Shown: positions 56,582 to 64,000 of the stretch, piece after piece | How positions within the stretch are numbered: position 1 is the stretch's first letter | How the letters are laid out: the number at the start of each line of letters is the position of its first letter | Source: a virus | Lineage: Duplodnaviria; Caudoviricetes | Length of the DNA stretch: 64,000 nucleotides | Virus record (IMG/VR): IMGVR_UViG_3300025320_000152 | Location: 1-64,000 of that record | Reading direction: 5' to 3' (one strand) | Notes under the pieces: generated by a model | Databases searched by the model: none | The model's input: the letters and a program-made list of their open reading frames with translations, nothing else | What the model was told of the DNA's origin: nothing | Made by a program: the position numbers and the translations under genes

Positions 56582-59341
56582 ATGGCTACATACGGCGTCG
56601 ACTACTACGGCAAGTCGTTCTACGGCGGCCCGCTGCTGATCGATTACGCGGTCGGCAACCTCACCGCCACGCAGCTCGGGTTCGGGCGGGTGCGGGTCAC
56701 CTGGTCCGCGCCGTCCCCGAACATCTGGACCACCCTCGTCCTGGTGCGCTCGCGCTACGGCTCCCCGGTCTCCCCGACGGACGGCCAGCAGCTCGGCACC
56801 TGGTCCTCGACCCAGGCGTCCACCAGCTTCGACGACATCGATCTGACGCCGGGCTACTGGTACTACGGCATGTTCGCGGCGACGCCGCTGCCCACGTGGG
56901 AGGCGGCACTGACCTACCAGGTCGGGGACCGGGTGTCCTACAGCGCGTCGAACTGGATCTGCGTGCAGCTCGCCCTGCCCGGCACCGCGCCGGGGGCGGG
57001 CTCGTCGTACTGGTCCGCGACGGACGAGACGGCGATCTGGCAGCCGGCGGGCGCAGTCGGCACCATGTCAGTGGCCGATCACGGGTACAGCGCGCTGATG
57101 TACTCCCTGATCCCCGGGGCGTACAAGGCGCTGCCGGTCCTCTCGACGGACGCGAGCGAGATCAACGACGACCTCTCGGAGTTCCTCGGGGTCCTGGCGT
57201 TCGGATTCGAGATCACCGCGAGCGAGCTCGACGACATGTACCTGCTCTACACGCCGGAGACCACTCGCTGGGACCGGCTGCTGCAGATCAGCGAGATGCT
57301 CGGGATCTCGACGGAGGCCGCCTCCTCCCCGCGCTACCAGCGGCTGCGCACCAGGGACGCGGCCACCCTCGCCCGGGGCAAGGGCACCGTCGAGGGCCTG
57401 GCGGCGATGATCGCCGCGACGACTGGGCTCCGGGCGCAGGTCACCACCGGCGCGAACCTGATGCTCTCGCGCGATCAGAGTGATTTCCCGTTCCCGGTGT
57501 ACCCGGACTGGCAGTCGGACGAGTCCTACGCGATCGGCGAACTGGTGACCTACCAGGGCGTGCGGTACGTGTGCTCGACCTATGCGCTCGATGCGACGCA
57601 GGTCGCCGCAGCCTCGTTCACCGCGACACCGAACGCCGCGAGCACGCTGACCGGCATCGGGTCGAACATCGGGGAGGTCTCCTCGGCTCCGTCCACCCTC
57701 GCGCTGCCGGTCACCGTCCCGGTCGCGGGCGTCTACGAGCTCGGCCTCGTCTTCGAGCAGCGGCCCACCGGCGGCATCGTCGCGCTCACGGTCGACGGGG
57801 TGGCCCAGCAGTTGCTGCCGCACGCCTCCGTGCTGCCGCTGTTCATCACCCCTGTCGGGTGGGGCACTCCGACCGGCTACGTCCCGAACGTGGACACCTA
57901 CGCCTCGGCGACCGGCACCACCCAGATCTACACCTACCTGGCGTACCTCACCGCGGGCTCCCACACGCTCTCGCTCGCCTCGACCACGAAGAACTCCTCG
58001 TCCACCGGCTACGACATCGTTGCGGAGGTCTTCAGTCTCACCGGTGTGTTCACCCGGTACCCGCCGTCGACGACCGCGCCGAACTCCGCCGCGACCAACG
58101 GGGTCCAGTGGCAGGTCGCCTCCCCCGGCACCACGCCGGTCACCGAGTACGCGAACCCGATCACCGGCGGTGTCTCCACCTGGAACGGCGTGCCGGGCAT
58201 GGAGGTGTTCTACTTCGGGCCGAACACGGGCCTGGAGATCGCGAGCTCGAACTGGCTCGCCACGACCCCGGGGAGCCTGACCAGCGGCTCCACGTACGTC
58301 GTCTCCAGCGCCGAGCATCCGAGCATCGCGGCGTACAACCCGGCCACCGCATACGTGGCGGGCAACATCGTCACCTCCGGGGGGCTGCAGTACGCGGCGC
58401 TGGCCGCGACGAGCGGGGTCGCGCCTCCCGCGCCGGGCGTGTGGACGCGCAGCTCCTACGGCTCGCCATATGACAGGGAGCTGATCGCGCAGTCCTGCGT
58501 TCCACTGCACGGCCCCGCTCCGTGGGACCCGCACGCCGCCTACGCGGAGGGCCAGGAGGTGACCTACGCGGGCAGCCGGTACGTCGCGCCCGCGCCGACG
58601 CAGTTCATCGCGCCGCCGGCGAGCCCCGGGTCGAACAGCGCCTGGGAGTACGCGGGGGCGGCAGGGTCGCCGTTCACCGGGAGCTTCTACACCCCGACGA
58701 CCGGCGGGTACTTCCCCACCGGCACCGTCAGCCTCCTATATCCGGGGATCACCTGGTACGACGCGAACGGGGAGCCGATCGCGTTCGCGACGATGATGAA
58801 CTCCTCCGGCACCATGACCGCCTCACTCCCCCTCTACGCGCGCCTGGCAGAACCGGTGGTCGAGCTGAACGGCGCCTACCTGGACGCCGGGGGCGCCACC
58901 TGGAGCGCGAACCCGAGCGGGTTCTGGCAGGTCAGTGCAGGCGCGTGCTTCGCGAACCCCGCCTACGCCGGCAGCCAGCACATCAAACTGCTGACAGTGG
59001 CCAGCTCGTTCTCGGACGGCTGCGTCGGAACCACGTGGGTCACCGACGTCGCGAACAAGGCCGTGCGCGACGTCGGCATCGTGTTCCGCTACAGCGACGC
59101 GACCCACTTCTGGGCCGTCATGCGCGACCAGATCGTGAGCTACAACGGCGGGACGCTCACCAACCAGATGAGCTACACCCGCCTGCCCGTCGGCACCCGC
59201 GCGTTCGTCCAGTTGTCCGGGGCGACCATCAGCCTCTACGCGTACCCGGGCAACTCGGCCGCGCCCACCCTGATCGCCACCATCACCAACAGCTTCAACC
59301 AGACCGCGACCACACACGGCCTGGTGGATTGGACGTGGTGA
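56582..59341 (+). CDS. baseplate wedge / tail fibre protein with carbohydrate-binding modules
   Basis: YG..YYG N-terminus; KGT..G wedge motif; repeated W.A...Y..G..V.Y.G modules resembling CBM5/12. Confidence 0.7.
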   Translation: MATYGVDYYGKSFYGGPLLIDYAVGNLTATQLGFGRVRVTWSAPSPNIWTTLVLVRSRYGSPVSPTDGQQLGTWSSTQASTSFDDIDLTPGYWYYGMFAATPLPTWEAALTYQVGDRVSYSASNWICVQLALPGTAPGAGSSYWSATDETAIWQPAGAVGTMSVADHGYSALMYSLIPGAYKALPVLSTDASEINDDLSEFLGVLAFGFEITASELDDMYLLYTPETTRWDRLLQISEMLGISTEAASSPRYQRLRTRDAATLARGKGTVEGLAAMIAATTGLRAQVTTGANLMLSRDQSDFPFPVYPDWQSDESYAIGELVTYQGVRYVCSTYALDATQVAAASFTATPNAASTLTGIGSNIGEVSSAPSTLALPVTVPVAGVYELGLVFEQRPTGGIVALTVDGVAQQLLPHASVLPLFITPVGWGTPTGYVPNVDTYASATGTTQIYTYLAYLTAGSHTLSLASTTKNSSSTGYDIVAEVFSLTGVFTRYPPSTTAPNSAATNGVQWQVASPGTTPVTEYANPITGGVSTWNGVPGMEVFYFGPNTGLEIASSNWLATTPGSLTSGSTYVVSSAEHPSIAAYNPATAYVAGNIVTSGGLQYAALAATSGVAPPAPGVWTRSSYGSPYDRELIAQSCVPLHGPAPWDPHAAYAEGQEVTYAGSRYVAPAPTQFIAPPASPGSNSAWEYAGAAGSPFTGSFYTPTTGGYFPTGTVSLLYPGITWYDANGEPIAFATMMNSSGTMTASLPLYARLAEPVVELNGAYLDAGGATWSANPSGFWQVSAGACFANPAYAGSQHIKLLTVASSFSDGCVGTTWVTDVANKAVRDVGIVFRYSDATHFWAVMRDQIVSYNGGTLTNQMSYTRLPVGTRAFVQLSGATISLYAYPGNSAAPTLIATITNSFNQTATTHGLVDWTW

Positions 59342-59342
59342 G

Positions 59343-61037
59343 ATGAACCTGACCGCTTCCGGGCAGAGCACGTCGGTCGGCAACGCGCAGGACCCGGCCA
59401 ACAACGTACCGGTCGACATCGCCGCGTACGGCGCCAGCCAGACCTCCGGCAGCGCTGTGTGCGTCACCTACGTGCCGCTCGGGGCGATGGCTGACTTCGG
59501 GGCGTGGCCGACCGTGCTGCCCGACCCGGCGGTCAGCTGCGTGCTCGCCGACGTCGCGCCCGTGGCCACCGGAGGCCGCGTCTCGATCACCGCGACCACC
59601 CCGGCCGAGTACGACACCGCGCTCGGCACGCTGTGGAACAGCGCCGCGTACGGGTCGGTGCGCGGCAGCTGGGTCCAAGGGCAGCACAGCGGCATCAACC
59701 AGTCCACCGCGCTCACGCAGGTGCAGCTCGAACGCACCGAGGCCGCGAACCTGCTGCCGCCCGACGCGCAGGATTACCGCGACAACCTGGTCTACCAGCA
59801 GTACTCGACGACGGTGTCTGGGGCCACCACGTGGGGCGCCTCGATCACCCGGTCACAGGACCGGGCCCTGTCCGGGCTGTGGTCCGGGAAGTTCGTCAAC
59901 ACCCCGCAGGGGTTCGCGACCTACGCGCCGGGCGCGCTGCCCGCCGCGATGGCCCCGGTGGTCGCGGGCACCCACTACAGCGGATCGGTCAACCTCGCGA
60001 TCGAGCGGACCGGCGCGCAGTGGCAGGTGCAGCTCAACTGGTACGACGGCAACTTCGACCTGCTGACCCCCACGACCTCGGCGGCCGTGACGCACCCGGG
60101 AGGGTTCGCATGGCAGCCCGCGAGCGTCACGGGGATCGCGCCAGTGGCCTCCGGCGGCAACGGCGCCGCCGTATGGGCCGCCGTCGTCCCGGTCGTCACC
60201 CCTCTCACGCCGGGGGACGGGGAGATCGCATACGCGGATGTCCACAGGCTGTGGAGCACTCAACCGGCGCAGACGCTCGCGCCGACCACGTTCGTTCCAG
60301 CTCGCCAGCAGAACATCGTGGTGAAGGCGAACCGGGTCAACTACGCCAACAACCCCGGGTTCACCACCTCGACCTACGGCTGGTGGGGGCAGGGCGGCAC
60401 CGGGTCATCGCCCCTGTCATGGGAGCCCGCCGTCGGCCGGTCCGTGCCCGGGGCGGCCAAGCTCACGGCCACCTACGGCGCAGGCGCCATGTACCCGCAG
60501 ATGGGCACCCTGTCCCAGACCACCGGGTCCGCCGGCGGGATCACCACCGGCAGGTCCGGGGAGACCTTCACCCTGTCCTGCTACGTGCTCCCAGGCCCGC
60601 AGTCGCCGAACATCAACCTGCAGGCGATCATCGGAGGCGGCGACGGCGGCATCTACGTCCCCGGCACCTCCACCCTCGGCCTCATGCCGGACGCCAACGG
60701 CTGGTACCGCCTGTCGGTCACCACGACGATCCCGCCGGAATCCTCCGGCGCCATCGAGATGCTGCTCGCCATCAACCCCACCGACTGGACCACCAACGCC
60801 CGCGACGTCTCGTGGTGGGTCGATGACGTCCTGGTCGAGCAGTCCTCGCTGCTCGGGGAGTATTTCGACGCCTCCCTGCCGAGCCCCGACTACCTGTGGG
60901 AGGGCACGGCGTTCGAATCGCGCAGTCACTATTACCAAGGGCTTCGTATTCTGCAATACCGTATAAATGAGCTGGTAGAGCAGTCGCTGCCGATAGGCGT
61001 CCCCTACCAGATCCTTCTCGCACAACCCGATTCGTAG
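59343..61037 (+). CDS. tail/baseplate protein with galactose-binding-like domains
   Basis: two NL/NP.F-initiated beta-sandwich repeats; R.NY..NP.F; DVLVEQ...GEYFD. Confidence 0.65.
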   Translation: MNLTASGQSTSVGNAQDPANNVPVDIAAYGASQTSGSAVCVTYVPLGAMADFGAWPTVLPDPAVSCVLADVAPVATGGRVSITATTPAEYDTALGTLWNSAAYGSVRGSWVQGQHSGINQSTALTQVQLERTEAANLLPPDAQDYRDNLVYQQYSTTVSGATTWGASITRSQDRALSGLWSGKFVNTPQGFATYAPGALPAAMAPVVAGTHYSGSVNLAIERTGAQWQVQLNWYDGNFDLLTPTTSAAVTHPGGFAWQPASVTGIAPVASGGNGAAVWAAVVPVVTPLTPGDGEIAYADVHRLWSTQPAQTLAPTTFVPARQQNIVVKANRVNYANNPGFTTSTYGWWGQGGTGSSPLSWEPAVGRSVPGAAKLTATYGAGAMYPQMGTLSQTTGSAGGITTGRSGETFTLSCYVLPGPQSPNINLQAIIGGGDGGIYVPGTSTLGLMPDANGWYRLSVTTTIPPESSGAIEMLLAINPTDWTTNARDVSWWVDDVLVEQSSLLGEYFDASLPSPDYLWEGTAFESRSHYYQGLRILQYRINELVEQSLPIGVPYQILLAQPDS

Positions 61038-61070
61038 CATATTCGGCGCAGCGACCCGAAGGACTACTTC

Positions 61071-61421
61071 GTGGACCGCGTCTCAGTCATCTCCCTGATC
61101 GTCGGCTCGGTGCTACCGCTGCTGACCACCACCGCGACCAAGGCATCCTGGCCCGAGTGGGCCAAGCAGCTGATCCTCGCCGCCCTGTCCGCCCTGACGG
61201 GCCTGGGCACCGGGCTGCTGCACTCGGGCGCGACCCTCCCGAACATGATCGCCAACGCGGTCACCGCGTTCGCCGTCGCCGCAGCCCTGTCGGCCGGTAC
61301 CTGGAAGCCCACCGGCGCGCTGGCGAAGCTGGAGAACGTGATCATCAAGGACGCCCCGGGTGTGACCAAGGCCGTGGACGCGGTGGTTTCCAACGCGGCG
61401 TCAGCAACCTCGAAGCAGTGA
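61071..61421 (+). CDS. holin-like membrane protein
   Basis: three hydrophobic segments, after the tail genes; G..WKPTG. Confidence 0.65.
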   Translation: MDRVSVISLIVGSVLPLLTTTATKASWPEWAKQLILAALSALTGLGTGLLHSGATLPNMIANAVTAFAVAAALSAGTWKPTGALAKLENVIIKDAPGVTKAVDAVVSNAASATSKQ

Positions 61422-61437
61422 CCTGCGGACCTCGGGG

Positions 61438-61488
61438 ATAGCAGCTATTCGCATATAGCAGCTATCTCCGGTCACACATAGCAGATAC
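61438..61488. promoter_or_regulatory. tandem palindromic operator-like boxes ATAGCAGCTAT (x2) plus a variant
   Basis: copies at 61438, 61455 and 61478 (ATAGCAGATAC) upstream of the replication operon. Confidence 0.5.
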
Positions 61489-61563
61489 CGGATATTCAGC
61501 CTTGTGATATGGCGCCGGTGCCTCGTAGTTTCGAGGCACCGCCCGCTTCACCTGGAGGATTTC

Positions 61564-62514
61564 GTGGCTATCACCATCGCGTTTTACGGCGAGAAAGTCT
61601 GCGAGTACAAGCTCGTCGCCGACGCCCTGTGCGACTGGCTCGGCTACGGCCAGCCGGACGAAGAGGGCTACTACGCGCCGCCCGAGGAGTCCGAGCAAGT
61701 CGACGTCCTAGTCTCCGGCTGGCCCGAGCACGCCTACGCCGTCGCCGAGATCGTCGCCTGGACCGCCCGAGCCGACCTGCCCTACACCACCGTCGTCAAG
61801 CGCACCGACGGCGAACCCCGCAAGCCGGAGGAGGGCGAGGAGATCCAGGCCTCGCGCGACGTCGAGAGCTACATCGCCTCCGCGCTGAACGTCGCGGCCG
61901 ACCAGGACTCCGCAGCCCTGATCCTCATGATCGGCGACGAGGGCCCGGACGAGGAGACCGAGCGGCTGCTCTCTCTCGTGCACGACGGCGTCGACGTCCT
62001 GGTCCTGGGCGACGCCCTGCTGCCCCTGCAGGCCGCCGCGCAGGCACCGGTCGAGGCGGCGGCGAATCCTGAGCCCCGGCAGGTGGCCGGCGAGCCCGTC
62101 TCGCATGTGATCACGGCCAGCGTGGAGAACACCGACTGGCCGATCGGCGACCTGCTCGACATGATCGACGAGCAGGGGCGCTGGTTCTACGAGACGGCCA
62201 TGGCCTTCGCCGGGACGCTCATGGAGCTCGCCGAGCTCGCGGAGCGCCAGCGCGGGCAGATCAAGAAGGCGCGGGAGCGCGGATGGCTCGGCGCTGCGGC
62301 GGACCTGGCTGTCGTCGACGAGGCGCAGTCCTTCGAGCCCGAGCAGGCGGCTGCGCCGCCCATGCTCGACGTCGAGCCCGCATCGACGGTGCTGCTGCCC
62401 ACCCCCAACAAGACGCGGCGCGAGTGGCTCGACCCGTCCGACCAGACGTGGAAGCCCGTCGGACGTGGACGCCCGCGCAAGGACGTTGAGATCCGGGAAG
62501 TCCCGGCCGCATGA
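61564..62514 (+). CDS. hypothetical protein with C-terminal AT-hook
   Basis: GTG after GGAGG; C-terminal GRGRPRK. Confidence 0.65.
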   Translation: MAITIAFYGEKVCEYKLVADALCDWLGYGQPDEEGYYAPPEESEQVDVLVSGWPEHAYAVAEIVAWTARADLPYTTVVKRTDGEPRKPEEGEEIQASRDVESYIASALNVAADQDSAALILMIGDEGPDEETERLLSLVHDGVDVLVLGDALLPLQAAAQAPVEAAANPEPRQVAGEPVSHVITASVENTDWPIGDLLDMIDEQGRWFYETAMAFAGTLMELAELAERQRGQIKKARERGWLGAAADLAVVDEAQSFEPEQAAAPPMLDVEPASTVLLPTPNKTRREWLDPSDQTWKPVGRGRPRKDVEIREVPAA

Positions 62515-62765
62515 CGAGCCCGGAGGAGCGCGCCCCCATCACCGTCGAGGCCGATGGGGGCCGATGGGTGGGGCTGACGGGTGAGGAGATCCTCGCCTGC
62601 CCCGGCCTGAGCGCGGGGGCACGGGGGGTGGCCCTGCTCGGGGTCGTGCTCTCCCGCAATCCGAACGTCGCGGAGATCACGGCCCTCACGGGCGATGACC
62701 CGGTCCTGGCCGCCCGGTGGATCACCGAGCTCACCGGGTCCGGCTACCTGGACTGGGAGGGCTAG
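62511..62765 (+). CDS. small winged-helix-like protein
   Basis: LS.GARGV.L...I.EL..SGYL resembles the N-terminus of replication HTH proteins. Confidence 0.45.
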   Translation: MTSPEERAPITVEADGGRWVGLTGEEILACPGLSAGARGVALLGVVLSRNPNVAEITALTGDDPVLAARWITELTGSGYLDWEG

Positions 62766-63731
62766 ATGCCCCTGCAGCGCAAGAGCGGGTCGTTCGCCAT
62801 GGCGCCGCGTGCCATGGTCGCCGATCACGCGGTGAGCGACCGAGCGGTACGCCTGTACTGCGTGCTGACCCGGTACGCGAACACCCGTGACGAGGCGTGG
62901 CCGAGCCAGGCGACGCTCGCGAAGGATCTGGGCTGCTCCAAGCCGACGATCGAACGCGCTGTGCGGGAGCTGCGGGAGACCGGGTGGATCACGGTGCACC
63001 GCCGAGCGGCCGGCGCAGGCAACCTCTACCGCATCCACCGCATCCCCGAGCTGCCGGAGGACGAGGACCCGCAGGACGCGTTCGCGCCGACGCCGGAACC
63101 CGGCCCGAAGCAGACCTCTTACATGGCCCGCGACCTGGTTGAACGGACACCCCCGGGCATCTTCAGTGATGGCAGGGTGCCATCAGCGGTGAGGTCGCAG
63201 CTATATAGAGACCCAGAGAACGAGAAGGAGACTTCACCGCCGCGAGCGGCGGTACGCCGAAGGACGCAGACGGACCCGGACGACATGCTCGACCCGGCCC
63301 GCTCCCTGGGGCTGTGGGACTCCCCGGCGCCCACCGCCGTGTCCCCGGCCGAGGCGAACAACATGAACCTGGCCCGCGAGTTCCGCGACGCGTGGCGGCA
63401 GGTTCCCGGGTCGCTGCCGATGGAGGCCAACCTCAAGGCCCTGGCCGCGCACTTCAAGGCCCTTAGATCCGACGACGTCAGCGTGGCCGAGATCCGCTCC
63501 ATGATCCACCTGTTCGTCACCGTCCCCGGGCTGCGCAACTCCGACGCCCCGCCCTGGCGCGACTTCCTCTACCGCCGCCGCCAGCTGCTCCAGCTCGTGC
63601 GCCGCGACGAATCCGGCCGCCGAATGGAAGCCGACCCCGGCACATATCAGACCCCTGCCTTCGACCAGGCCGCCGAGGACGCGGAGAACGCCGCGTACCG
63701 CAATGCCTTCGCCGCCTTCCAGGCCGCGTAA
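62766..63731 (+). CDS. HTH replication initiator / replisome organiser
   Basis: SDRAVRLY.VL..YA.....AWPSQATLA.DLG.S..TI.RA..EL...GWI. Confidence 0.8.
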   Translation: MPLQRKSGSFAMAPRAMVADHAVSDRAVRLYCVLTRYANTRDEAWPSQATLAKDLGCSKPTIERAVRELRETGWITVHRRAAGAGNLYRIHRIPELPEDEDPQDAFAPTPEPGPKQTSYMARDLVERTPPGIFSDGRVPSAVRSQLYRDPENEKETSPPRAAVRRRTQTDPDDMLDPARSLGLWDSPAPTAVSPAEANNMNLAREFRDAWRQVPGSLPMEANLKALAAHFKALRSDDVSVAEIRSMIHLFVTVPGLRNSDAPPWRDFLYRRRQLLQLVRRDESGRRMEADPGTYQTPAFDQAAEDAENAAYRNAFAAFQAA

Positions 63732-63752
63732 CCCCAGAACCGGAGCACTGAC

Positions 63753-64000
63753 ATGGACCCCACGATCGCCGACCTGCACTGGCGCGAGGCCCGCATCCCG
63801 CGCAAGCACCGGGGCCGCACCCTGACCGAGATGGGCGAGCTGCCCGAGGAGATCCGCGAGGCCGCCGAAGGCTTCGTCGCGACCTGGGAGCAGCGGTACA
63901 TCCCCGACACGCTCGCCACCTCCAGCTACCCCGAGGACCGCGGCCTGTTCGGCGCGGGCCTGTCCCTCATAGGCCCGCCGGGGCGAGGCAAGACCACCTT
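63753..64000 (+). CDS. DnaC/IstB-like AAA+ helicase loader (runs off the window)
   Basis: A.IP..H N-terminus; Walker A GPPGRGKT; directly after the initiator. Confidence 0.75.
   Translation, partial: MDPTIADLHWREARIPRKHRGRTLTEMGELPEEIREAAEGFVATWEQRYIPDTLATSSYPEDRGLFGAGLSLIGPPGRGKTT

Noticed and set aside
42088-58534. Long minus-strand ORFs over structural genes (e.g. 42088-43578, 45968-47239, 57068-58534)
   Set aside because: They are antisense shadows of well-supported plus-strand genes and have no motifs.
1-64000. tRNA, tmRNA, rRNA genes, endolysin, or a prophage-host junction
   Set aside because: No tRNA-like cloverleaf or T-loop motif noticed by eye, no endolysin beside the holin, and no host housekeeping genes in this window; they may lie outside it.

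Overview
The whole window reads as part of one large, high-GC, contractile-tailed (myovirus-type) actinobacterial phage or prophage. No host genes and no att junction are visible. 1-23.6 kb is a minus-strand arm of mostly small unknown ORFs punctuated by a family of terminators. Recognisable products there are an RNA ligase, a degenerate serine-recombinase domain, a tandem RNAP alpha-CTD-like protein and a C5 DNA methyltransferase. 23.6-24.8 kb is a non-coding divergence point rich in GATC/ATCATG and containing a symmetric dif-like site. 24.9-31.7 kb is a regulatory block (MmyB-type XRE regulator, Lsr2-like protein, Xer-like tyrosine recombinase, KTSC protein). 31.7-61.4 kb is a morphogenesis module running from terminase, portal, scaffold and capsid through neck, sheath, tube, chaperone, tape measure and baseplate to fibres and holin. 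The start of a replication module follows. The standout feature is the major capsid gene (38917-41088), which the ORF track shows only as fragments. It is split into five exons by four compact, ORF-less group I introns (276, 294, 311 and 307 nt) of two sequence types. Removing them at canonical U|...G| boundaries gives an uninterrupted 984-nt, 327-aa capsid ORF. All family names come from motif recognition by eye; no database search was run.
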